DNA of 64,000 nucleotides from Azolla caroliniana (Eukaryota; Plantae; Polypodiophyta). This document shows, in pieces, positions 26,901-39,100 of the stretch. A program made the translations under genes and the position numbers. Within the stretch, counting starts at the first letter, position 1, and each line of letters begins with the position of its first letter. Location of the stretch: positions 20,460,001 to 20,524,000 of the forward strand of contig JBHGNT010000007.1 in NCBI GenBank assembly GCA_043228905.1, read 5' to 3'. The notes beneath the pieces were generated by a model. The model saw only the letters and a program-made list of their open reading frames with translations. It ran no database searches and had not been told where the DNA came from.

Positions 26901-29484
26901 TGATAGCCAACATATATTTCCCCACATGATTAAGCCTTTCACCTGGCATAATTGCAATAAGCGGCCAACCCCTTGCCATATTCAATGGGCCTCTGGGCAA
27001 TCCCACAAAGCGTGTCAGATTGATTCTATTGCGTTTGGGCACAGTACACAATTAGGAGAGCTAAGGTTCCCACGCTGCCATGCACCAACCGGTAGTGACC
27101 TACGTATTAATAGCCATTGGAAAGTGGTGATTCGCCGTGCGTGTTGTTGTTTCTAGATTTTTTTCCAAAACTTGGTGATAATTGTGTGAGGAACATGATA
27201 TGTGTGCTAGACCTTTGCAACAGCTGGCTCTCGGGCGGTTTGAGCAACTATAATATGGCAACCCAATCTAGTGGTGAATTGAAAGAAAGGGATGGGTTTG
27301 CTTCCTTGCCCCGCGTCAGGATCATGCCATGTCCATTGCAAAGGGTCCCAACTGACCTTACATAGCCATGTGTTTTCGTGAGTACATATGTGCCAATCTG
27401 GTTGTAGTTTGACAAGATCAAGATCTACAATCCATTTATGCCCATTGCTTAGTATACACTAGCACTCGAATTGCCTTACTCTGTGTTGGTGTCTCATTGT
27501 CTTGCAATTCAGAGTTTGCGATCTTGTCTGGTGTTTCCCTACCTCTTGGGGCCAAAGATCCCACCTCCTTGTAGCCTATCCATTTCTCTATTGTCGTCCT
27601 TTGATTAGTAGCTTCCCTAACTAGTAAAGCATTGATGATTTCAGATCTTGTAGCCCATCCACCCCTGATTCCATGGAGTATGTTGGCTTGGTCTTGTATT
27701 GGCAATGAGATAAACCGTCTCCAACATTCTTTACTTTTTCCTGGACCTTCCACAATGTATCCCCATGGAAACCCCTTACTTGATCAATTTAGTTGATTAG
27801 ATTCATCTCTAATACATGGGTTCCATAGGATACGTTGACTGAGTCAAGCAGGTTCAGAGTTAGGTTGATCGCACTTGAGCCCTCGTCTAATGCCACACCA
27901 TGCCTTCCACATGAATGCATTGAATCTATCCTCCAATTGGGGGGAGAAACTAGGTTTGAGCTCCATGTTTAGAATCCATCCAGTTTGGGGGTCCCAATTG
28001 GCCCCTTTTCTTGGCTTAAAGTAAGCGAACCGTAACCGCAACAACATTTTCCAGCAACTGGTTAGAGTCCTCGCACCACAAATTTGGTGAGTAGGGCTTT
28101 TGATTGTGAGAGGGGAACAATAAGACCCAATCCTCCTCTCGACTTAGATGATGTGAGTATAGGCCACACCACCTTGGCCCGAGTTGCATGATCTTCCTTA
28201 CCAGACCAAATGTAGTTGCGTACCAATCGTTGAATCTGGTGTATACTTTCCTTGGAGATTGTCCAACATGATAGGCTGTACCACACTGTTGCGAGTAATA
28301 CTTGCCACTATGATGCACCCCGCTAGCGAGAGTTTTTTCGAACTCCAATGTATCAGCTTTTGTCGAATGGAGTGAATAATTGGTGCAATCATAGTCTCTG
28401 GAGGAATGTTGAACCCAATTTGGAAACCCAAATATTTGGTGCTTGCTCCTTGATTGATCCACTTGAAAGTGGGATGGGGGTGCTACGCAAGATGTGCTTC
28501 ATGAGAAAGCCATATTGCACAGAATTTGGGTCAATTGATCATGGCATTGGATCTCTTGCAAAATACGTCTAAACCACATTCTAACTTTTGTAGATTTTCC
28601 AAGTTTCCTTGTAGGTAGACTGCGATGTCATTTGCAAATTCTATATCCAGGAGGCTTTGGTGAGAATGCTGCACACGAAGACCACGTAGGTTTAGTTGTC
28701 GCGAGTTGAGAAATCTAGAGAGTGCTTCGGCGTATAATAGAAATAAGGATGGAGCTAGTGGGCATCCTTGTTGTACAAACCACGATAGTCGGAAGAAGGG
28801 GCCCCTTTCACCTGCTTATGAAACACAACTACTGGCGTTCCTATAAAGTCCTGCAATGCCTTGGATCCATGACTCTTGAAAGCAGAGTTTCCCCATCACA
28901 CTTTCTAGAAAGTTCCAGCATACCCTGTCATATGCTTTCTCAAAATCTAGGAGCACCACAACTACCTTGTTGTTGGTACACTTGGCAAGGGCTACTACTT
29001 CCCAAAACGAGAAAATGTTGTCTAGGATGCTCTGATTTCTAACGAAACCTATTTGGGACGGATGAATGAGTTGAGTGAGAAGTGGTGCTAAGCGGCGTGC
29101 CATGGTTTTGGCAAGCACCATATATACAGTATTGAGAAGAGTTATGGGCCGCCACTTCCTAATGTTGTTGGCACTCCCACCACTTTTAGGAATAAGATGT
29201 ATCATTGTCTGTCCAAATTCCTCTGGCATGTTTCCAGAGGTGATGATCTCCTCATATGCCTGGAGGAGTTCTTCTTTAATAGTGTCCCAAAGGCACGTGA
29301 AAAAGTGAGGAGTGAGGCCATCGATTCCGGGGCAACTATCTGCATCCAAATCGGAGAGGGCCTCCCATATCTCGATGTTTGATAAGGGATGCATGAGCCA
29401 TGTATTCATTTCCATCGTGACTTTCTCGGGCATGCTCTGGACGATAATATATTCTCGCGTGTCGTCCCCTGTGGCCATATTATT
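20912..29484 (-). mobile_element. Decayed LINE (L1/Tx1-like) ORF2: RT plus C-terminal zinc knuckle; 5' part missing; interrupted by a Copia at 21339-26875
   Basis: Motifs SCPGIDGL, LIPK, WRPITLLNTVY, QIGFVRNQSILDNI, LLDFEKAYDRVCW (28816-29470); GFQIG..IRQKLIHWSSKKLSLAG; RGGLGL; CVLCPNAIESI*HALWDC near 27000-27055. Frameshifted. Confidence 0.88.
21339..26875 (-). mobile_element. Full-length but decayed Ty1/Copia LTR retrotransposon
   Basis: LTRs 21339-21661 and 26536-26875 (TG..CA); 5-bp TSD CGTAT at 21334-21338 and 26876-26880; tRNA-iMet PBS TGGTATCAGAG at 26523-26533(-); PPT from 21662. Gag, protease WLLDSG, integrase HSDIYGP, RT QLDVKTAF and RNase H ADAMTK all present with frameshifts. Confidence 0.96.
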
Positions 29485-30539
29485 TGTCGTTGGGTGGGGG
29501 GTGGAGCCAAGAAGAGCTCCACCCCCCTCCCAAGGGGTTAAGTGAGAAGAAACTAGAGAGAGAGACAAAACAATGTTGAGAGGAAAACTTGTATTATCAT
29601 TCATGTCCCCTATGGTGGGGTTATATAGGTACATTCCATGAGGGTTACAAATCAAGAACGTACAATGAGGCTTGTAAATTAGTTATATAACCTTCTAACA
29701 ACCTACCCATTATACATATTAATATACTCACACTTATGTGCACATTTGCACATACACTTACACATGACTTTTAATACAATGACTTCACACTTATCTATCC
29801 ACGTACCAACACACTTGTACTATCATACACTTTCAATCCCACGGATAACACATATGGCTCGCCTGTGGGATAGTGCCTTGCACGGGTGAACCCACATGCC
29901 TTCAATAAACACGAACATCGGTCCTTGGACCGGAACTTACGACCGGAACTCCCGTGGTCTTCTCGTATTGCGTTGGTTGGAACTCCATCGACCGGAACAC
30001 ACGTAACACGAACACAAACTCAACAACACGAACGTCTCGTTCAGTCGGAACATTGGTGAACATAAAGCTGCGGTACTCTCTTTTTTGGTCTTGAAATGAT
30101 ATTGTGTGTGTGTTGTGTTTTTTTTCTTTTTTTTTGGGTGTGAGTTGTGAGTTTACAAAATTTTAAGATCTGCCCTCATGTTTTTGAAATGCCCTTAAGA
30201 TTTTTGAAATTCTGTTTGATGCCGTTGAGGTTTTTGAAACTCTCCATTTGCCCTCCAAATTTTGAAATTTGGATTATGCCCTCATGCTTGTCGAATTCCC
30301 CAAATGCCCTTATCATTTTTTAAGATTGTCTCTTTGTCCTTCGTTTCTGTTTTTTTTTTCTTCTGTCTGTAGTCATCTCCTTTTTGTTTTTGGGTATGTC
30401 CACACTTGCTTCCTCTCCTCTCTTGTTTCTCGTCCACTTCTTTTGCTGCATTTCTGTTCTCCTCTTTTGCTTCAGTCCTCTCCTCTATTATTATTTTTCT
30501 CTTTCTTCTTCTCCTTGTATTCTTCTTTCGTCTTCTTTC
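29485..30539 (-). mobile_element. LTR-like element truncating the LINE; probably continues at 35641-36147 and 42777-42950 around nested insertions
   Basis: Abrupt switch from LINE coding sequence to TGTCGTTGGG at 29485; minus-strand TATA (ACCTATATAA) near 29621-29630; ccggaac repeats at 29930-30050; other end not found. Confidence 0.5.
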
Positions 30540-33500
30540 TATTAGAATATACGTAAAATAATAATATTAATAATAAATATAATAACTGCCTTCCGGGTGA
30601 CATTCATCAAGAAAGGTTTCAACTACCTTATATAGTTATAAATAGGCCTCTAGACCTATAGTTGTAACAAGGCGTTTTAATATAATAAACGATTTACAGT
30701 TTCCCTCACACACACACTCTCTCTCTTGTCTCTCTCTTGTCTTCTCAACATGGTATCAAAGTGTTAGGCTCTCTCCAACCACCCTCTTCTTGTCTTTCCT
30801 CCTCCTTCATAGCCAGTGCTCCTGCCATTAGTTGATCCGGACAACTATGGCACAACACGCACATGGCACACCTATTTCTACATCTAATCCATCTACCTCA
30901 TCACTCGGTTCGTCCATATCGACACCTAGCCCAGGTTCTTCAACAACACAAGACGCTACTCCGCTTGCCCCAACCACTACGAGAAGTTACAATCTTGACA
31001 AACTCAGAGGCCCCAACTACCGTACATGGGCCACACGGATGACACTGATGCTCAAACGAGTAGACTTGTGGAACGTGGTGAGCGGCACAACTCAACCCAC
31101 CGAAACCAATCACACCGAATGGACGGCAAAATATCTCCAAGCCCAAGCGGAACTCATGTTCCACCTTGGAGACCCGCAAGTGCAAATGGTTCGACGTTGC
31201 AACACCTCGGTGGAAATTTGGAAGATACTCCGAAGCACTTATCATCATGAAGATTTGATCACGCAATTCGCATCGCTCAAAAAGCTCCTCATTTCCTCCG
31301 TCACGGAAAACCAAGAAATCACCAAATTTCTTGATGAATGGCGCATCTTACTCGACAATGCCCTCCTCTCGGGACTGCAATTGGATTCGAATCTCCAAGC
31401 AATGTTACTCTTGGTGGCATTGCCCTCCTCTTGGCGACCGTTTATAACCACTCAAGCATCAATGACAGGCCTCACCATCGAATCACTTATGGCACGCATC
31501 CGCCAAGAAGAGATCATGCGAAATGGCGCTCATCACTCAAATGCAACATTTTCAACACTGCTAATGCAATATGTGCAACGACAACCTAACTTCAAAAGGG
31601 GACCTCCCTTTGGAAGGAACAACAACAACACGTGACCAGCCACCACTTCAACAAAAGTTTGTACATATTGTGGACGCCATGGACATCTTGAACGTGAGTG
31701 CCGCACGAAGTGTTGTGAACAACTGAACCAGCCACAACAACAACGTCAACAACCACATGGATGACACCCCAGAGCACACCTCCAACAACTAAATGTGCCC
31801 GAAGTTGGCCAATATGGTATGGAAACATTACAACTATTTACATCATTACTAAATAGTTCCGATTGTCATTCCCACACCACATATATATCCGAATGGCTAC
31901 TTGACATTGGTGCAACTCACCACATGACACCATAAAAGCATTGGCTCCGCGACTACAAACACCTTTTAAGTACCATGCGCGTCTACCTCGGGAACAACCA
32001 ATTCCTCACAGCCATTGGTGTTGGGAATCTTCACGTCACCCTACCTAGTGGAGCAAACGTCAAGATCTACAATGTGTATCACATCCCGGGTCTTAGCCGG
32101 AATATACTTTCGGTTACAACGGCTACCTCAACTGGATCTTCCATTGAGTTCTTCCATGACTCATGTATTATTCACTTCAAGCTCCCTAATGGACAATTTG
32201 AAATTATAAAATTACCTCAAAAGGACTGTTTGTATCCGTTAGCTATATCTATGTCTAATCCTGACTTTGTAATTGGTCACACCTCCATTCATTCTCTTCA
32301 CATGGCTAAAGCCGTGTCCACCCTTATGTGGCACTATAGGTTCGGTCACATAAATAGTGTCACACTACATCGCATGGTAAAAGATAAGCTTTGTGTCGGC
32401 TTACCGTCCTATCTAAACCCAATAGAATTGTGTGAAGGTTGCATTTTAGGAAAATCTAGCCACAAAAGTCACCAAACATCTCTCAACAAATCCACACAAT
32501 TGAACCAACTAGTACATAGTGACCTTTGTGGACCCATGGAAACAAACTCAGTCACAAGCTCCCATTATTTTCTCACTTTCATTGATGATTTTAGCAGGTA
32601 TACAACAATGTACTTCCTCAAGAAAAAGTCTGAAGTACTCACATACTTCAAAGAGTATTACAACCTCGTGGTTCGTCAACATGAGCTTCCAATTCAAGCA
32701 CTTTGTTCCGACAATGGTGGAGAAAATGGCTCAAATGCGTTTGAGGCATGTTGTAAAGATGAGGGTATCCAACAACAATTCACAGTTCCATACACACCTC
32801 AACAAAATGGTGTGTCTGAACGGAAGAATCAAACCCTCGTTGGTGCCACTAGAGCCATGCTCCTTACGGTAGGACTACCAAAAACCTATTGGGAAGAGGC
32901 GGTTGCGACAACATGTTATGTGCAAAATAGAGTTCCGCATGCAAATGACCCCAAAACTACACCATATTTTCATTGGTTTGGCAAGCCACCTAATGTTCAA
33001 CATCTTCGAATCTTTGGATGTGTAGCGTACCTGGTGAAAGCGTTGGACTTGAGGAAGAAGTTGGACCCAACAAGCACGCGAATGATCTTCGTGGGCTACG
33101 GTGACCGATTTGGTGTCAAAGCATATAGATTGTATGATCCGGAGCAACGAAAATTTCACCTCGCACACTCAGTCTACTTCGATGAAACCTCTCTCATTAG
33201 CCCCCAACAAGAAAGCCGCAACCCCATAACACCATTAACCCCACTATCCACCACACCAACCATTCCACTCTCTACTCCAAAAAGACACCCTCAAGTTGAA
33301 TGGGAAGAATTCACACAACTCACCCCACAACAAACAATCACAACACCACCAACGTTACATGCCCATTTTCTACAACACCAAAAGACCCTCCTTGGTCCCT
33401 TGGACAGAAAACCAAATCCCTCCTATTCCCTACTTCTACAAATTCACCATCCCCTAATGAAGCCCCCCACTCATTTAAGAATACCACCACAACCAAACAA

Positions 33501-35549
33501 CCGACCCCTAGTAGACCATTACATACAATTATACCAATAGAATCTATCTATCAACCATCTCTCCTTGGACCAATCCCCAAGGCTCGCTCTCCCAAAGCTT
33601 CGAAAATCTGATCTTTGGAGGAGATCTATGAACAAACAAACCTCAGTTCTAGTATACTAGAAAAACATATCCATCCATCACTAGATACCACTATATTTGA
33701 TCCTTTAGATATATTCTACCAACATATGATCCAAGATCCATCCGCCTATCATGATCTTCAATTACTAAATCATGAATCTTTTGATGATTTTAATATACAG
33801 GAAGCACTCTCGGGAACTAAAGCCACTTCATGGCGTGAAGCCATGGACGCAGAGTGCCAATCTCTCATGAGAATGGTATGTGGCAATTAGTAACACAACC
33901 ACCGGATTGAAAATTGGTATCGTGCAAATGGCTACTCCGGAAGAAGTTTAATGCTGATGGCTCGATCTCGCGTTACAAAGCTCGACTTGTGGCACGAGGA
34001 TTCTCACAAGTACCCGGCATGGACTACAACAAGACCTTCTCTCCCGTCCTCCGGATGACCTCATTCCGAGCGTTACTCGCCACTTCTGCACAACTTCATC
34101 TCCTTGTCCACCAAATGGATGTTCGGACAACATTTCTACATGGTAACCTACATGAAGAGTCTACATGGAGCAACCACCCGATTATACATGTAAAGATTAC
34201 CCAAACCATGTATGTAAATTAAACAAATCACTATACGGACTAAAACAATCCCCACGTCAATGGTACGAACGATTTAACTCATGTATGTCAACCCTAGGAT
34301 ATGTTCGTTTTCAATCCGACCCTAATGTATATAGCCGAAATGGCCCCAATGTAATACTCCTCCTAGCCATTTACGTAGATGACATCCTAATCCTATCCAA
34401 CTCTGAAAACACACTATCCAAAGCAAAGAGTGAGCTCCATGCATCATTCTCGATGCAAGATATGGGAGCCCTCCATTATTGTCTAGGTATCCAAGTTATA
34501 CTAGATCCCTCCCAAGGCATCATCCAAATAAACCAAAAATCCTACATCGAGTCACTCCTAAAAAAGTACAACATGTCCAAATGTAAAGGTGTCGCAACTC
34601 CCCTACCAATCTCACTTAAAACAAAACACCAACCACATTAGTAACTCAAACATCGGATATGGTGGCATTTCCATATGTCAACATCTTTGGTGGAATTAGA
34701 TACCTCGTCACATGTATGAGACCCAACATATGCTTTGCAGCTAACTTCTTATCTCGCTACATGTAGGCACCAAGTCCAATCCACACCCAACACTTGAAAT
34801 GCCTATTAAGGTACCTTCAAGAAACTAAGGACTTTGGCATCACCTATTTGGCATGTCAACCATTACCAAAACCATACTTAACTTGCTACTCGGATGCCGA
34901 TTGGGGGGGGGTGATGAAGACACATTACAATCGACATTAGGTTATGTCTACCTTCTATCAAATGGTGCCATTTCATGGCAAAGCAAAAGGCAACAAAGAG
35001 TCACACTCTCATCAACGGAAGTAGAATATGTAGCAATGACATTGGCAATTAAAGAAGGAATTTGGCTAAAGGATTTCTTGAAGGAAACAACTCTATTCCC
35101 CAATCATCCACTTCTCCTTCGATGTGATAACATGTCAGCCATTATGCTTGCAAAGAACCTCAAATATTCTGAACTAACAAAGCACATTGCCATGAACCTA
35201 CAATTTACTAGGGAACTACTACATGAAGGCAATATTCAAATAACTCATGTGCGCATTGAGCAACAATGGGCAGACTTCTTAACGAAGTCTACGCAAAAAT
35301 CAAAACACTACAAAACTTGTAATCAACTAGGATTAAAAGCTACGTAGTTAATATTATCTAACTTAGGGGGGGTTTATTAGAATATAAGTTAAATAATAAT
35401 ATTAATAATAAATATAATAATTGCCTTTCGGGTGACATTCACCAAGAAAGGTTTCAACTACCTTATATATACCTTATATAGTTATAAATAGGCCTCTAGA
35501 CCTATAGTTGTAACAGGGCGTTTTAATATCATAAACGATTTACAATTTC

Positions 35550-35619
<70 letters not shown>

Positions 35620-35640
35620 CTCTCTCCTCTCTTCTCAACA
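30540..35640 (+). mobile_element. Full-length decayed Ty1/Copia LTR retrotransposon with TA..CA termini
   Basis: LTRs 30540-30750 and 35375-35640; TSD CTTTC at 30535-30539 and 35641-35645; PBS TGGTATCAAAG at 30751; PPT AGGGGGGG at 35365-35372. Gag from 30847, integrase HSDLCGP/QNGVSER, RT QMDVRTTFL/YVDDIL, RNase H ADFLTK; several stops and frameshifts. Confidence 0.96.
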
Positions 35641-35719
35641 CTTTCTTTCTCCTGCTTGGATTGTCTTGCCGAAACCATGGGAGAAGTAGGTGCACCTCTC
35701 TCCCTACTCTGTTTTGGTC

Positions 35720-36147
35720 TATCTTGGTCATTTCTACTAGCCGGCCGTCGGCCATTGTTGTCTGACCGCTTGCTTGGTCATCCGACGATGTCTTGCCACT
35801 ATCTGGCCACCACTACTGCTGTCCGACCCTTTGTCCAGCCAGCCACTATTGGCCACCACTCGGCCACTATTTGGTGGTTGTTCGGCCACCACTAGGCCAT
35901 TGTTGGCCATTGTCTGGCCAATCACCGCTGCCACTTGGCCGCGATTTGGCCACTGTTCGGTGGCGAAACCACTCGGCCACTGTACAGCCAATCACTGCCA
36001 CCTCTCGGCTGTTGGCCATTTTCTGGTCGCTATTTGGCCACCACTCGGCCATTGTTCGGACACCAATCGGCCGTTGTCGGCCACCACTTGGCCGCCGTTC
36101 GGATGTTATCCGGCCACTGTTCGGCCACCAGTCGACCGCTATCGGCC
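35720..36147. repeat. GC-rich degenerate GGCC(A/G)C minisatellite, continued at 42772-42950
   Basis: Dense ggccac/ggccat/tcggcc motifs every 11-22 bp; split by the Gypsy insertion. Confidence 0.75.
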
Positions 36148-39100
36148 TATTATAGATCATAGCACTAATGTAAGCTTAAGATAAGGATAAAGAATTGAAA
36201 GATAGAAAGGAGAAAGAGAAAGAAGGGTGCCGATCCACCCGACCACCCCCGAGCGAAGGGATCGAGACGGACTCGAGCCTCGATCGGCGTCCCATACCAC
36301 CGCCGTGGCGTCGAGTCGTACCTGGTGCTGGCGCGCTCGCTACAAGAGTTGACCCACCACACGAGCAGAGTCTCGATGTAGTCAAAAGATGATCAAATGA
36401 GGGTAGCTAGGCCTCTTATTTATAGCGATACCCAAGGCCCCCAGGCAAGTTCACACTTGACCTAATGGGTTGTCTCAATCCCGAGGATAAAAGTAATCCT
36501 CCCCTTCTTTACACTCTCATTTAACCCTCACACTTATCCACGTGTATAGATTACTACGGTAAATTCTTACCACGGGATATTATATGGTCATGCTCGTAAC
36601 ATACTCCCCCTCTTTAAAACATTGCACTCTTGCAATAGAAAGTTAGGGAAGTTAGTTCTAAGAGTAGTTTCGCGTTCCCATGTGGCATCTTTTATTGATT
36701 TATCCAGCCATTTTATTTTAAATTCTCGGATTTCTTTAGTACGTAATTTTTTTGTTTTAACATCGAGAATTCTTTCTGGTAGATGTGGTTTAGTAGATAA
36801 TTCTTCAGAAGTAACCAGAGTTTCAGTCGTAACTGTATTGTCGCCAGAACCTAGAAGTTCTTTTAGACGACTCACATGAAAGACTGGATGAATTCCGACA
36901 CCATCGGGAAGAGCGAGACGATAGGCTGATGACCCAATGCGTTTGAGGACTGTAAAAGGTCCACAAAACCGTGGGGCTAACTTAGCGCACTTACCCGTAG
37001 ACAATGTCTTGGAATTGTGAGGTACACGTAAAAATACCTTCTGTCCAGGGTTGAATACACGAGGTTGCCTATGATGATCGGCATAAAAACGCGCTCTATC
37101 TTGAGCTGTTTTTATATTATCTCGTGCAATATGCAACATATCTTGCATATCCCGAAGGAAGTTTTGCGTACTTCGCAACTCATCATGATGTATAGTAACA
37201 TCAATCGGGGCTCGTGGCTGAAAACCATACATCAACATAAAAGGACTATATCCCGTCGACGTATGCTTGGAGCTGTTATAAGCAAACTCCAAAATTGGGA
37301 GATAACGTTCCCATTTTGTTGGTTTTGCACCAACGTATGCTCGAAGCATGTCCTCAATAATTTGATTTACTCGTTCTGTCTGTCCATCGGATTGAGGATG
37401 ATCCGTGGAGCTCATGCTCAACGTAGTTTCTAACTTCTTAAAGACTTGTGTCCAGAAGTCACTAGTAAACTTTGGATCTCAATCACTCACGATATCCATC
37501 GGTAACCCATAAAAACGAAACAATTCGTCAACGAATTGGTAAGCCAATTCAGGAGCTGTTACCGTGGTTTTAGTAGCAATAAATCTGGCCATTTTAGTTA
37601 GTCGATCAACGACAACCCAGATGGCATCATGACCTTTTTGGGTGCGAGGAAGGCTAACAATAAAATCCATGGATATACTTTCCCACTTATTATTGGGAAT
37701 GTCCAAGGGATGTAAAAGTCCTGCGGCTTTAAGTCGCTCGGCTTTGTTAACCTGACACTGGTGACATTTAGTCACATAGCTATGTATGTCAGGACGCATC
37801 TTAGGCCAATAAAATCGAGTGGAGATGAGAACGAGTGTACGATGTATTCCAGGGTGCCCTGCTGAGGGTGCATCATGGCATTCAAAAAGAATCCTCTTTT
37901 TGACCTCGGGTAAATCTGGAACACAAACCTTCCCATTACGGTAGAGCAAACCGTTAGCAATGTGGAAGTATTCCTTCGAGGATGTGGTGGTGTCTGTTCC
38001 AGACTCAACTCTTGCCCAGTATTTTGCAAAATAACTATCATCAGGATACTTTCCTCGAAGGTGATCATAAAGATCTGATGATATTTCAGTGAAGCTAAGC
38101 GTGTTAACTTCACGGATGCGACTTAGTGCATCAGCGACAATGTTCATGGAACCTTTACGATATCGTATGGAAAAATCAAAGTCCTGGATGAGATCAGCCC
38201 ATCGTGCCTTACGACCTTTCAGGTCTTGTTGGTCACAAAAATATTTCAATGACTCGTGGTCCGTAGTTACCACAAAGTGATTTCCATAAAGATAATGGCG
38301 CCATGTTTTGAGCGCATGTATAACTGCAAATAATTCCTTTTCTTGAACGGTATACCGACATTGAGCAGAATCAAGTTTCTTACTCTCGAATGCTATTGGT
38401 TTACCATCTTGATACAAGACAGCACCTATAGCATAATCGCTTGCATCGGTTTCAACCTCAAAAGGTTTTGAAGGATCGGGTAAAAGAAGTGAAGGAGCCT
38501 TGCAAACCAGGTCCTTGAGTTCCTTAAAGGCAAGGTCTAGTGTAGCATTCCACACAATAGGTTTTGTAGACTTACGCGTTTGACCTTTTAAAAGATCAGT
38601 AAACGACGTCGTCAATTGGGAGTAATTACGAAGAGACTTTCGCAAAAACCCCACAAAACCAAGGAATGATCGAACTTCTCGAATATTCCGAAGAGTGGGC
38701 CAAAGCTTGATTTTCTCAATGCGAGAAGGATCAATTTCAACTCCTAGTTCGGTTATGAGATGTCCTAGATAAGTAATTGATTTCTTGAAGAACTCACATT
38801 TTGAGATCTTCGCATAAAACTGTTTGTCACGCAATGTTTGTAAAACAAAGCGGACATGTCTAGCATGTTCTTGTAATGTACGACTATAAACTAAAATATC
38901 ATCCAAGAAAATAACGACAAATTTTCCAAGTTGTTCTCGGAAAATGTCATTCATTTCTTGTTGAAAAGTAGCCGGAGCATTGGTCAAACCAAAAGGCATA
39001 ACCAAAAACTCGTAATGGCCATAGCGCGTACGAAATGCCGTTTTAGGAACATCGTCCTCACTTATTCGTATTTGATGGTAGCCAGTACGGAGATCAAGTT

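Noticed and set aside
35656-36184. Overlapping Pro/Arg/Trp-rich ORFs
   Set aside because: A by-product of the GC-rich GGCC minisatellite, which lacks stop codons.
37479-37481. Programmed stop-codon readthrough
   Set aside because: The stop replaces a conserved Arg (CGA) inside the integrase core rather than lying at a gag/pol or pol/env boundary; point mutation is simpler.
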